Of a stretch of 64,000 bases of DNA, positions 28,311-40,849 are shown in pieces; positions within the stretch are counted from its first letter, which is position 1; each line of letters begins with the position of its first letter. Source of the DNA: the human T2T-CHM13v2.0 reference genome, Homo sapiens. The stretch lies in assembly GCF_009914755.1 (NCBI RefSeq), contig NC_060938.1. One strand, 5' to 3'. Made by a program: the position numbers and the translations under genes. The notes beneath the pieces are model-generated. The model searched no databases, had not been told where the DNA came from, and was given only the letters and a program-made list of their open reading frames with translations.

Positions 28311-31300
28311 CACCGTGCCGTGTGTGGCAGTTTCTTCTCACAAAGCACTTCCCTGGTCTTACTGATTCTCTTAACCCCTTGCAGAGTGGCCAGACTCAGG
28401 GAGTTTGATGCCACTTGATGATGGTGATGACTGGGCTGATGATGGCAGCACTTACTACTGAGCACTGTGTGCTGGGCATTCTTCCACAGCCTCTATACAG
28501 CATCTTATTTAGGCCCCACTCACCCTTTGAGACAGGCGCCATCAGAATCAGCTGTACACACACTGGCCAGGGGCACAAACCAGCAAGTGACAGAGCCAGG
28601 ATGCACGCAGGTCTGCTAGGCCCCAAAGCCTGCTGCCTGACTGTTACACTCTGTTGTCTGCATGTCCCATAAGATATGCTTGATAGGCGAGACAGAGCTG
28701 AACAAGACCCAGTGCCTACCCTGGAGAAGCTCCTGTCTGCTGGAGAAGACAGAAGTGCAGAGTCAATCCCAAATTGCAGTGATGGAGAAAGACACAGGAA
28801 TTGCAAGAACATCTAGATTGGAAAATCAAGGAAGACTTCCTGGAGGAAGTGAAACCTGAGCTGAGCCACAGATTAGGTGGACAGAGAATTAGGATGGAGG
28901 AGGTATGGTTGATGAGGAGGAAAGTAGGTTCTTGCAGATGGAACAAGGACAGAGCTGACACAGGAACAGGGTTCCATGTAGTATGCATGGAAACCAAAGC
29001 AGGATGTAATATGGGGTGCAGGGGCTGGGGCAGATGAGTCTGAGGAGTGCAGGAGGGGAAACCCCAGCCTGTGGGTCAGGTGAGCACATGTGGGTAGCAC
29101 ACCGCTCACAGAGTGACAAGCTCACTCACACACACCGTCGGATTACTCAAATCAAATTCATTTGATGGCATTGATGGGTTCATAGTGGCCCTTAAGCATT
29201 ATTCTCTCAATCAACAGAAGTTAAACAAATGCATGCAATTGTATGTGTGGGTGGGTGTGAGTGGGGTGTCTTGACAGGGGGTTCTGAAATTTTTAGACAT
29301 TCAAAGAGGGTCCTCCTGTCTGATGAGTCAGGGACTGCCATAGCAGCTGGCGGGCAGAGGCCATTGCTGAGTTTGAAGCAGGCAAGAGTCAGGGCTTGGT
29401 CTGTGCTTTGAGTAGTCCTCCTTGGTAGCTCCCACTGGTCCTGTGTGACCTGCAGCCCCTGGTGGAGAGTTGGAGGAGTGGGAGGTAGAATGCCTTGCCT
29501 GGTTGGTGATAGGACTGCGTTTGGAGAACAGCTTGTCTGGCCCCAGGCCCAATGTGCCCCTCTAGCTGTGGTGTGTTGGGTGTGTAAAGAAAAGCATGGC
29601 CCTGCCCCCAGGGCATTACCATCCAGTGGGGGAGGTGATTGAGGACTTCTTCACTCCATCCCTCTGCTAGGAATGGCGCTCACCACTGGGTTCATTCAAC
29701 TGTTGAATGAACTGTTGAATTCAACTCTTGAAGGCCCCGTTTCGTTCACTCCGCAGTTGCTTATTGTGCACCCACTGCGTGTAGGACTTGGTGCTGAGGC
29801 CACAGTGGAGAGTGTGGTGGGCCCCTGGGAGAGAATGGTTGAGGGATTTGGACCTCACCCTTGGGGAAGCGCTGCACACACAGACAGGGTCTCTGCTGCT
29901 GAGGGTGGTTGGTTTCCATGTCCCTCTCCCTGGCTGGCTTGGGAGCTCCATGAGGATGGGAGCCTGTCCTGGTGGTCTTTGTGTCTCTATCCTCTGGCCA
30001 GGGCTGGCTTGGAGCAGCTGCTCAGTACCTGTGTGGGTAAGATGTGCTGAGTTTGTCCTTGCCAGGTCCTCCTATCTGGGCAGTGAAGCCCATCAGGGAC
30101 TGCCAGGGCTGGTCGGGGGGCCTCCACCTATGTCTCCCCCTATGTCTCCTACCTTATCTCTGCACATCCCACCTCCAGCTTTTGGTAAGTGCTCTCTTTA
30201 GCCATTGGGGTGGGCTCTGCAGGCCCTGTGGCTTTCGTCCCTCTTTGACTTGTCTTGTCCTTTCTCTTCGCTGAGTCTGATCTCCCTTTCTACTGGATCT
30301 GCCTTTTTCCGCCCTTGGTGATTTGGCTTTTTCATTTCAATCTAATTAGGGCTCCCTGCCAGGAGAAGGCAGTGCAGGGCGTTCTCACCGCAGCGCTTTG
30401 GGAATTAGTCACTTGGTGCCCATTGTCATTAATTTGGCGCCAAGGCCATTTATCCTGGTGTCCTCAATCAATACAGTTAAAAATCTGTGGATTCTGTAAT
30501 GTCAATACCTGGCCTGAAATACGGAGGGCCAGCACCATTTTATCTCATTAATTTATAGTTCTGACAGGTTGTTGGCTTATAGAACAACCATGAATCAACA
30601 CTTAAATAAAACTTGCTCACAATTATTTTTGGTGCTCTTGTTTCAGTCTGTAATCTTCCTAACAAAACGTCTGTGGCACGTTAGGCTGAGGTGGCCTCAG
30701 GGAACGCTGGCCGACTCCACCAGGGCCCTGAGTGTCACCTGTCTTATGAGTCAGCTGTGCCACACGCCAGCTCAGCCAGTCTCCTCAGAATCCCCCGGAG
30801 AGCTCCCTCAGTTCTAAGCGGTCCTGTCATGTTTCTTGCAGACTCCAGGCCCTGAGGCAGGTGTCCCAGCCTGACCCTCGAGGCTGCAGCTGTAGAGGCA
30901 TGCAGGGCCTCTGTCCTTTACCTTTGATGGCTGCAAAGGAGATTCCTCTTCCTGGAGCCCTGGAGCCCCGGCTGGGCAGGGAACCCTGTCCTCCTTCCTG
31001 TGCATGGGCCGGCTCTCCTGATGTGCGCTGGCTCCTCTGAGCCATCTGTGCAGTGCCACCTGGGTCTACCTCCCAGATCCTGGAGGCAGCACGCGTGAGA
31101 GGGCACATAGACAGGGTACAGGTGTTGGCTCTTCTGCCTCCCCGAACCAGGCCTCTTCACCTGTTTCTACCACACCACCTGGTGCTGGGGCTGTTGAAGG
31201 GAGCAGCTGTGATAACACATATAGGGTGCTTTGCAGAATGCCTGGCGTGTGGTAGGTCCTCAGCAAGGAACTCCTCTCCTCCTCCGTCATGGCCCATGAG

Positions 31301-33475
31301 GCCCTTGTTCCTGCTAAGCTGTCCAGATGGCCCTTGTTGGCAGGCCATTTCCCCACATGGGGCCACTTTTCGATCATCATCCAGAGGCCCCTGCTGGTCC
31401 CCTCAGTGAGCTTACAGATGTGCTGTTGGTCCCCTGCGTGGGTCTTGGGGGCAGACTGGGAGGAGGCCTTGGGCCATCATGGGTTCTCCCAGCATCTCCT
31501 CCACATTCCCCTTCCTCCTGGTAATGGGACAACACGCACTCTTTATTAGGGCTCTCGAGTGGGTATACAGACCCCCAGCCTGCCCGGCCTGACCCTCTCC
31601 AGAGCCCCAGGCACTCATGGCTGCAGGAGGCCTATGGCCCTCTTCCTTCAGATGCCCACAGCCTGCAGCTCTGCTGTCCCCAGCTTTTGGCTGGCTCCTC
31701 CTGCCCTGGGTGTCCCAGTGTCTTTTGGTGGGAGTCATGTTGTGTGGAAGTGAGCAGCCAACTGGGACTGGGCTCATAAATGACCATTTCTCCTTGCTTT
31801 CCAAGAGGTGTCTTCTTGTCTCTCCCTTGTTTTCAATCTATGACTGGGGCTTCCATTCACAGAAATGCTACAAGGAAAAAGAGAATGACAGGTTATCGAG
31901 CCCTTGCTGTGGGCTGGGCCCTGGGCTATGTGCCCTGGGTTCCAGCACGCTGCCTGGCCTGTGTGGAGGTGAAATGAGTGAGTGGATGGTAGACTCTTTG
32001 CTTATGTGACTCCTCCTGTGAGAGGAGTGTTTTTAATCCCATTTCATGGACCCAGAAACTGAGGCTTAGCATGGTCAGTGACTTTCTTGAGGTGACAGAG
32101 GTGGGATCCAGTGCTGGCATGTGACTAGTAGAGCTCCTGCTGTTGAGGTATGGTGTGGCATGCCCTCCCCACGTCTGTTTCCCTGCTGTGAACAAACAGG
32201 GAAACAATGGGGAACCCAACTTAACCTGACTCCTGGGGAGCCTGCTGGGCAGCAGCTGGCCACCTGCAGAGGATAACATGGGGCCTCTGGGAAGAAGGAG
32301 TGCTCCAGACTCATGGGGACTGATCCCTCTGATTAAGTGGGCCACTGAGGGAAAGATGCCTCTTCAGTGATGGATGGCCACGCTCCAATGACGACTTTAG
32401 ACCACTTGGCATGGGAAGGGTGAGAAGTGTCCAAATGAAAACCATGGCAAAGAGCCCCAAGAGCTCCTGGGCTTTGGAGAAGGGGCCACAGAAGGAGGCT
32501 CCTTGTTGTGCTAAGCCTTTGAGGTGGTGCTGGCTCCTGCCGGTCCTTGGAAGAAGTGCCGTGGAGGGGCCTGGGCTTCTCCGTTCTTTGGCTTTCTGGC
32601 ACTGTGGCTGGAGTTTCGCTAGCGTAGCTTAGGAGGACTTGATTAGGTATCCCTCAGGTGCCCACAGACCCAAAGGAAGTAGAAGAAAGCTTGTGGGCAC
32701 ATTTACAAAGCATCTGATACTTACATGTACATGCTCCTTGAGTCCTAGGGACTGTTGCCACTGATCCAGAAGTGAAGGCTCAGAGGGGCTCCACAGCCTA
32801 GCGAGGTCTGAGCTGATGAGGGTTCCCTGGCTGCCGCCCTTTATGTGCCTCCTTGTCCAGTTAGCAGCCGCCTACTTTCTTGCCCACTTGTGAGTGGGTC
32901 TATTTTCCAAGGCCAGTCTCTGTTGCCACGAATATCCTTCGTTTCTCACTCTGAAAGTGCTTCTCCTCTGGCTCAATCTTGTTTTCTCTTTCCTTACTTC
33001 TTTGGAGTGAGAAGCTGACCCTAGTTACGGATATTAAATCAAATGTTATTAAACTTCATTACAACACCATGCCAGCCCTTAACTGCCACTTGGAAAAGTG
33101 CCTAGAGATCCTTCACATCTCCACAAACACAGCTCACGCCAGCCCTCTAGGCAAAGAAAAGATGGTTTCTAATTCAAATTCTTGTTTTGTTCATGACCGT
33201 GACTGCACAGTAGTGATGTCTGGCGTGTGTGTGTTTGGTTGCAGCTGCATCACAGTTTGGTGCCCTTGTTAGGTAAGGCTGCCATTATTGACTGACTCTG
33301 GAGCCCAAACGTGTTTACGGCATGTCTGCTATTGGAATGGCGAGTTCCGAGTTTCAGAAAACCAACTTACTAGTAAAGCACTGGGATACACCTTGTTTGA
33401 AAGTTGAGAACTCTTATTATTATTTTTTAAATTTTGGAACATTCGGTCTTGTCCAGAGAATTAAAAGCAGTGGCT

Positions 33476-34695
33476 GACAATGGTCTGGGCAATGATTTTT
33501 TGGATAGGACTTAAAGCACTGGCAGCAAAAGCAAATATAGGCAAAAGAATTGCATCAAACTAAAAAGCTTCTGCACAGCAAAGGAAACAGTTAACAGAGT
33601 GAAGAGACAGCCCGTGGATTGGAAGAGAAAGTTTGCAAATCATACATCTTGTGAGGGGCTAATATGGAAAATGCATGAGGAACTTAACTCAACAGCAAGA
33701 AGCCAAATAACCTGATTTTTAAAATGAGCAAAGGATCTGAACAGACTTTTCTCAAAAGAAGAGATATGAATGGCCAACAGATATTAGAAAAAATGCTCAA
33801 CATCTGTAATCATGGGGAAATGCAAATTAAAACCACAATGAGATATCACCTCAAACCTGTTGGAATGCCTATTTTCAAAAAGACAAATGATAGCAAGTAT
33901 TGGTGAGGATGTGGAGAAAAGGGAATCCTTGTACAATGTAAATGAGTACAGCTATTTTGGAAAATAGTGTGGAGGTTCTTCAAAAGACTAAAAATAGAAT
34001 TACCGTATGATCCTGCAATCCCACTTCTGGGTGTATCTCCAAAGGAATTGAAATCGGTGTGTGGAAGGGATCTCTGCACCCCCGTATTCATTGCAGCACT
34101 GTTCACAGTAGCCAAGATATGGAAGCCACCTCGGTGTCCATCAGCAGATGAGTGGATAAAGAAAATGCGGTGAATATTCACAATGGAATACTCTACAGCC
34201 TTAAAAAAGAAGAATATTCTGTCATTTTTGACAACATGGGTGAACCTGGAGGACATTACAATAAGTGGGATAAGCGAAGGCACAGAAAGACAAATACTGC
34301 ATGATCTCACTTATATGTGGAAGCTAAAAAAGTTGATCTCGTAGAAGCGTTGAGTAGAAAGGTGTTACCAGGGGTTTGGGGGTAGGGGTGGATATGGAAA
34401 GTGGAGATGTTGATGAAAGGGTATAAAGTTTCAGTTAGAATGAAGGAATAAGTTTTGGTGATCTATTGCACTGCATGATGACCACAGTTAATAATGTGTA
34501 TTTCATAACTGCTAAAAGAATGCACTTTTAACATTCTGTCCACAAAAAATAAATTAGTGAGGTGATAGATATGTTAATTATCTTGATTAAATCTTTCTAC
34601 AATGTATATACAGATCAAAACATCACATTGTACCCCCAAATATATATATATATAAAATTATTTATCAATTAAAATTAATTTAAAATGAAACAAAA
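33476..34695 (+). mobile_element. L1MA-type LINE 3' portion
   Basis: catcaaactaaaaagcttctgcacagcaaaggaaac...atgcaaattaaaaccacaatgagatatcacctc...[21 protein letters not shown]; 3'UTR ending in an A-rich tail. Confidence 0.92.
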
Positions 34696-36563
34696 AAGAA
34701 TGGGAAGGAAAGAGCTGGTGTAAGTATGTTATTAGAAGACAAATTTTAAAAAATGACTGCAACTACTACTATTTCTTCTGTTACTACTATTATTACAATG
34801 CTACAGCTACTGTTTATTGGGCCCTATCAGTTGTCTGGGGCTTAGCTCTCCTACATACATTATTGCTAATTCTCACAACCACCTTTTGTGGTCCTGAGTC
34901 TACAGATGAGGATACCAGGGCTGGAGAGGATTGCTGGCCGATGCAGGGCCACAGCTGATGGGGAATGTTCAGATGCAGGCCCAGCTGGCTCTCAGGCCAG
35001 ACCCTTCCCAGGCCTTTGCCCGGATTGCTAAGATGGCCCCTGTTTCTGATGCATAAAGTTTGATTTGAAAGTTAGTAAGTTTCTTTTCTCGTTAACTTTG
35101 AGTCAGGATGGCTAAATTTATAGCTGGCTGAATACTTCCCAGAGGATGAGTGTAACGATATTGATTTTAGCGAAGTGAGTCATATGCCTACTGCCTGGAA
35201 ACACAAGCTCAATTACCACAAGCCAACAGCATAAGCTTTCCCTTGTCAACATTTTTCCTACATGTTCATGAGTCTGTGGATGTGAACAAAGCACTAGGAG
35301 AAGCAAAGGTCACGAATAACTGGCGGCGATGCAAGGTAGGGTGCCGAGAGCTGGCCTTGAGATTAGACAGGGCCAGTCTCCGTCTCAGTGTGGCTGACTC
35401 ATGTGGCTCTGAGCGAGTCTCTCACCTCGCTGAGCTTCCATTTCCCTGGCTGTGAGAGATGGGTTAATTACACCTACCACCCAGGGTGCCGTGTGATGCG
35501 TGCAAGCTCCAGACAGGCCTGGAGGTAACAGGCTCCTGATAAATGTTGTTCCCCTTCCTTGACTGTGAACTGCTTTGCCAGGGCTGCCTCTGAGCTCCCT
35601 GGAGAGGGGGGCATGAGCTTCTCTTTTCTCTCCTGGAGACCCATACTTGGGTTTCATGTGGCCTGGACGAAATACCTATTATGTGCCAGGAACTAGGCTG
35701 GGAGTCAGTCATGCTGAATGGAAGAGGAAGGCCCTCACAGGCCTGGAGCCCTGCATGATGATAGGATTCCTAGTATAGACGTTTGCAACTTCTATGTTAA
35801 CTAAGAACTTCTTAGTTAGCAAGATGGACAGGTGGTGCTGCCCCGGCCACATGGTTGGTCACTTTGGGAAGCTGGATATCTCCACCTGAGAAAGGAAGAG
35901 GGGCAGCTTGGAGGAGCCACTATTCCAGAGTTCCCAGATGCCTTATCACAGTCATACGGGGGTGGAAGCACTGGTCATAGAGTCAGTAGAACAAATGGAA
36001 TTTCTGCATTGTGTTTTAAACTTGTTTTTGCTTTAACAATTTTTTTATTTGTATCATTATTGATTCAAGGAGAAAATAAGTGATTTTTCCTAGCTCCAAG
36101 AAGATCCAAACAGTTTTTACACTGGTTTAGCTCATTATAATGAGATCAATAAAGTCAGTGCTAGTGGATTAAATATTTTAAAACTCAGTTTCCTATAATA
36201 AGCATACAGTGAATAAACAGAATTTTCTATAACAAACAGGTAAACAAGCAAGATGGTCTTAAGGTTAAAGGTTATATAACAGCTAACCATTGCGCTGAAA
36301 GTAACATTGCCCAGGAGAACAAGCTCCTTGATTTATGAAAAGGTAGAGAGGAAGAGCCCGTCTGACAAGTTAAGACCTTCTCCTCTGGCACAGCTAGTGT
36401 TCATGTTCAAGATATTTCACTGATGAATATTTTCCAGACTTTACCCATATCTCTTTAACAAATGTAAAGGGCAGCCCAGGGCGTTGTATTTTCAAAGCCT
36501 CATGAGAAAAGCTGAAAAAGCATTAATCTGTGGAGGTTATTGCTATTTAAAAACCTGTATCCC

Positions 36564-36879
36564 AGCCGGGCGCCGTGGCTCACGCCTGAAATCCCAGCAA
36601 TTTGGGAGGCCGAGGTGGGTGGATCACAAGGTCAGGAGATTGAGACCATCCTGGCTAACACGGTGAAACCCCATCTCTACTAAAAATACAAAAAAATTAG
36701 CTGGGTGTGGTAGCAGGCACCTGTAGTCCCAGCTACTAGGGAGGCTGAGGCAGGAGAATGGCGTGAATCTGGGAGACAGAGCTTGCAGTGAGCCGGATAG
36801 CACCACTGCACTCCAGCCTGGGCGACAGAGCGAGACTCTGTCTCAAAAAAACAAAACAAAACAAAACAAAAACAAACAA
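36564..36879 (+). mobile_element. AluY
   Basis: gagaccatcctggctaacacggtg, gaatggcgtgaa and gagcttgcagtgagcc; 15-bp TSD AAAAACCTGTATCCC (36549-36563, 36880-36894) at TTT/AAAA. Confidence 0.96.
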
Positions 36880-38459
36880 AAAAACCTGTATCCCTTGGTT
36901 TTAGTTTGTAAATGAACCAATTGTGAATTCAATAATTTGGGGTTTAATTTTGTAAACTATAATAGCTCCCTTTTGTTGATTGCTGTTTGCCATGCTCTTT
37001 GGAAGGCTTCATGCACCGCGTTACATTTAGCTCTCATGACGACCTTACATTTGTAAGAGTGTGAGACAGAGCAGTGCAAGGTCCTGCCCAAGGCCCCTCC
37101 ACTGGAAGTGACAGAGCTGGGATGGGATCTGGGTCTGCGTGGCTCTGAACTCCTCAGCTATACCATCTCCTGCTTCCAACATTGTGCCAGATAATGATGG
37201 CTATGGCCCTAATTTCTGAAACAAAGTCTTATTTGAGAACTTCTTAGTTAGCGAGATTTCTACCTTAGTCTTTTCACTAGGTATCCAGAAACTTACTAAA
37301 AAATTTAAAAATCTTGTAGTTTTGAACCCTTTTAACAAAGAAAAGCAGTAAGGGCCTAGTTATTATAAGTACAAATAGGAAAAATGTATAAACTACAGCT
37401 TATCTTCTAAATGGAAATACTTAAAAGACAGATTTTCAATCTCTTTAGGGGGTTGAGGAAAAAATAACATTCAGATTTTTTGTTTGTTTGTTTTAGCAGA
37501 AAAAGTTCGATCATCGTCTTTTAGCAATTCAGCTTTCACATTTTCTCTCATCTTTCTTCCCCATTGTTGGCAAGACTGTATCACTGCACTTTTGAAAAAA
37601 ACATATGGATAATTCACTGCCATTTCTGAAATTAAGCATATGGTTATATGCTATGGTCTAAAAAATAAGGAACATTTTTTCTCCAGGCAGAGAGAGTTTG
37701 TGTTTCCTTTTGGATTTAAGGATTGGCAATGAATTCCAAGTGAGCAAGAAGCCGGCCACTGAATGTTCTCAGCAATAAGCGCAGTTGTCCTTGTGGGGAG
37801 AAAGAGTTTGGCAGTCCTGGGCCTTCTCGGTGGTGTGGGGACTGCAGTGGTATCCGTGTCCTCCTTTTCTGTCTAGGGGTTGTGATGGTGGTCCCTGCCT
37901 GCAGTCTCCAGATGACCCCCAGCCGCTTGGCTGAAGCGAGTGTCCTGGGGCCTCTGTGCTGCCACATTGCTGCTCTGAGTCCCTGGCATAGGCACATGGA
38001 GACCAAGGGGACAGCCCTCTGCCTGTGCTCCCTGAGCAGGGGGACTTGCTAGTTGGTCATATCACGGTTGGTTTCTGATCACCAATTGTAGCTTAAAAGG
38101 TGGGGTTTGTCATGCTCTGTAGAAGGCTTTATGTACCACCTTGAGTTCCAGGAAAGGAAAAGAAGAGTACATTTTTTTTTTTTAGGAATACCAGATTTCC
38201 AATTAGATCAATTCACCAAGAAGCAGTTTTTTGGTTTACTTGAGAGAGTCGTTTGTCTGCTGATCTAATGAGAGGGACATAGCACAAAGACCATCATCTT
38301 ACAAGTCTGCTCATCTCCTTGATGACTTAAAAAATCTTTATTTATTAGAAAAACAGTATTACAACAAATCTGTTAGTATAATTTAAAAAGTTATCTTACT
38401 ACCCCTAGAACAATTCATTTCATTTCAGTGAATCTCTTCCCAGTCTTTGTCCATATCAA

Positions 38460-38804
38460 CAGGGATCCCCAACCCCTGGGCCACGGACTGGTACCTGTCC
38501 ATAGCCTGTTAGGAACCAGACCACACAGCAGGAGGTGAGCAGTGGGTGAGTGAACATTCCCGCCTGAGCTCCTTCTCCTGTCAGATCAGCAGCAGCATCA
38601 GATTCTCATACGAACGGAGCCCTATTGTGAACTGCGCATACGAGGGATCTAGGTTGTGCTCTTCTTATGAGAATCTAACTAATGCCTGGTGATCTGAGGT
38701 GGGACAGTTTCATCCCGAAAGCACCCCCATCGCAACCCCTGGTTCATGGAAGAATTGTCTTCCACAAAACCTGTCCCTGGTGCCAAAAAGGTCGGGGACT
38801 GCTT
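38460..38804 (+). mobile_element. MER1B (hAT-Charlie non-autonomous DNA transposon)
   Basis: TIRs CAGGGATCCCCAACC...GGTCGGGGACTGCT; 8-bp TSD CATATCAA/CGTATCAA; ~345 bp. Confidence 0.9.
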
Positions 38805-39632
38805 CGTATCAATTCCCATTTTATACTCTTGTAGTTGAAGAATAGGAATCAAGCATTGTCCATCTTGCCAAAGACTGCTGTTTGTGATTCCAGTTTTCAG
38901 TGGCTTTTCAGCATCCCATCAGGCAGAAAACCACATTTGTCTTCACTACTCCCCTCAGGCTGGACCGTTAGGGTGTTGTTTACAGTCCCTTCTCCATACG
39001 GGTTGGATGGCCTAAAGCAGCCAGTTCTTGACAACATTGTGCTGACACAAGAGTGACCATGAAAATCTCTTGTGCTATCTGCACTGCATCTTGTAGCAAA
39101 ATAGTCAAGGGGCTTGTGGAGCTCAAAGAGGTATAGATTCTTCATTTACAGAAAAGCAAGTATTTCTAAAATTTTCTCTGTTGATAAGTGACTACCAGTT
39201 TTAGGCCCCTAGAAGATACTAGAAAAAAAAGATCAACACACTTTATTATCCATCATGGCAAATGTGATGCTTGAACAAAGGGTGAAAGAGTAACTACTTT
39301 CTAAAAAATTTCTACTATGGAGAGAACATTTTGAAAACAGATGTTTTTGTTTCCATTGTTATGTGATTTTTGTTGCCAAAAATGATCTGTCACCTATTAA
39401 AATCTTGAATATCTTCACCCTTAACCTGGGAACAGTGTTTTTCTAATCTGTTTTAAAATCCTTTAAGTGAAAATTTCAGTGGATTTTGAGCTGGGTGGTT
39501 ACAAATATGATAATGCAATTATTAACCTGATTAGTTGCAGGAGCCATTATTTGACATTAGGGAAATGGGGCTTTACTAGCAAAATGTTCACAAAATCCTT
39601 TGCTTCGATGGTGGATAAAAGTGGAAAATGTC

Positions 39633-39855
39633 CGGGCAGCCCAGCTTTGCAAAGGCTCTCGTGGCTCTGCAGGCACCTGGCATGCACCCTCCCCATTGCC
39701 AGGATACCCAAGAGGAAGGTCAGCTCTGCTGAAGGGGCCACCAAGGAAGAGCCCAAGAGGAGACTGGTGCAGTTGTCAGCTAAACCTGCTCCTGCAAAAG
39801 TGGAATTGAAGCTGAAAAAGGCAGCAGCGAAGGATAAATCTTCAGACAAAAAAGT

Positions 39856-39889
<34 letters not shown>

Positions 39890-40849
39890 AAAAGGGGAGC
39901 AAAGGGAAAACAGGCCAAAGTGGTTAACCAAGAAACTAAAGTAGAGTTACCTGCAGAAAATGGGGAAATGAAAACTGAGGAGAGTCCAGCCTCTGATGAA
40001 GCAGGAGAGAAAGAAACCAAGTCTGATAGAATACCATATACCATGTCTTATCAGTGGTCCCTGTCTCCCTTCTTGTACAATCCAGAGGAATATTTTTATC
40101 AACTATTTTGTAAATGCAAGTTTTTTAGTAGCTCTAGAAACATTTTTAAGAAGGAGGGAATCCCACCTCATCCCATTTTTTAAGTGTAAATGCTTTTTTT
40201 TTTTTTTTAAGAGGTGAAATCATTTGCTGGTTGTTTATTTTTTGGTACAACCAGAAAATAGTGTGGGATATTGAATTATGGGAGGCTTTGACTGTCTCGG
40301 GTGTCAGCTTAACATTCCATACATGGGGGGTTAGTTTTTATATCCTATAATACAAAGCATGTTAAATGGCCATATGGAGTCAGTCCTGCATTTAACGTCT
40401 TGAATGTTTTAAATTACTTCTATTCCCTTGTTTTTTAGTAGAATTGTTTCCTAAAGAAAACCACTCCTTGGTCATTGCTCTCCCTGTCAGAATTGTGTGG
40501 ACTCTGTAAATCTTTGGTTGTGGTAGTCCTGTTTTCCTAATAACTTTGTTACTGTGCTGTGAAAGATTACAGATTGGAATATGTAGTGTAGGTGCTCTTC
40601 AGTTGTGAGCTGGTGGGACGTCTGTAACAGCTGATCAGCATGTGAAGATACTGGTACTTGATAGCCTCTTAAGGACAATTTGCTTCCAAATTTTGACCTG
40701 GAAAGTCACTGGAATAACTTTCAAAAATAATTACAATACATGGCTTTTTAGATTTTTGTTACATGTGTTAAGAATTGTGTACAAATTGAAATGTCTGCAC
40801 GATCCTCAACCAATAAAATCTCAATTATGAAAGAGAAAAAAAAAAAAAG
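39633..40849 (+). pseudogene. HMGN1: Processed (retrotransposed) pseudogene of HMGN1, with partial 5'UTR, CDS, 3'UTR and poly(A)
   Basis: Translation IPKRKVSSAEGATKEEPKRR...DKSSDKKVQ...LPAENGE.KTEESPASDEAGEKETKSD matches HMGN1. No introns. AATAAA at 40812-40817 followed by an A-tail. TSD AAGTGGAAAATGTC at 39619-39632 and 40850-40863 at a T/AAAA L1-endonuclease-type site. Start ATG changed to ATA (39704). The symbol given is the parent gene. Confidence 0.95.

Noticed and set aside
33724-34310. ORFs resembling L1 ORF2 C-terminus
   Set aside because: Fragments of a dead, 5'-truncated L1MA, not a functional gene.
35100-35341. Possible extra exon ending at GCAAG|GTAGGG
   Set aside because: The donor is plausible, but I could not identify a convincing acceptor or a WD40-compatible frame.
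39633-40849. HMGN2 or a functional HMGN1 gene
   Set aside because: The sequence matches HMGN1 rather than HMGN2; it is intronless with TSDs, lost its ATG and has a mutated RRSARLSA core.
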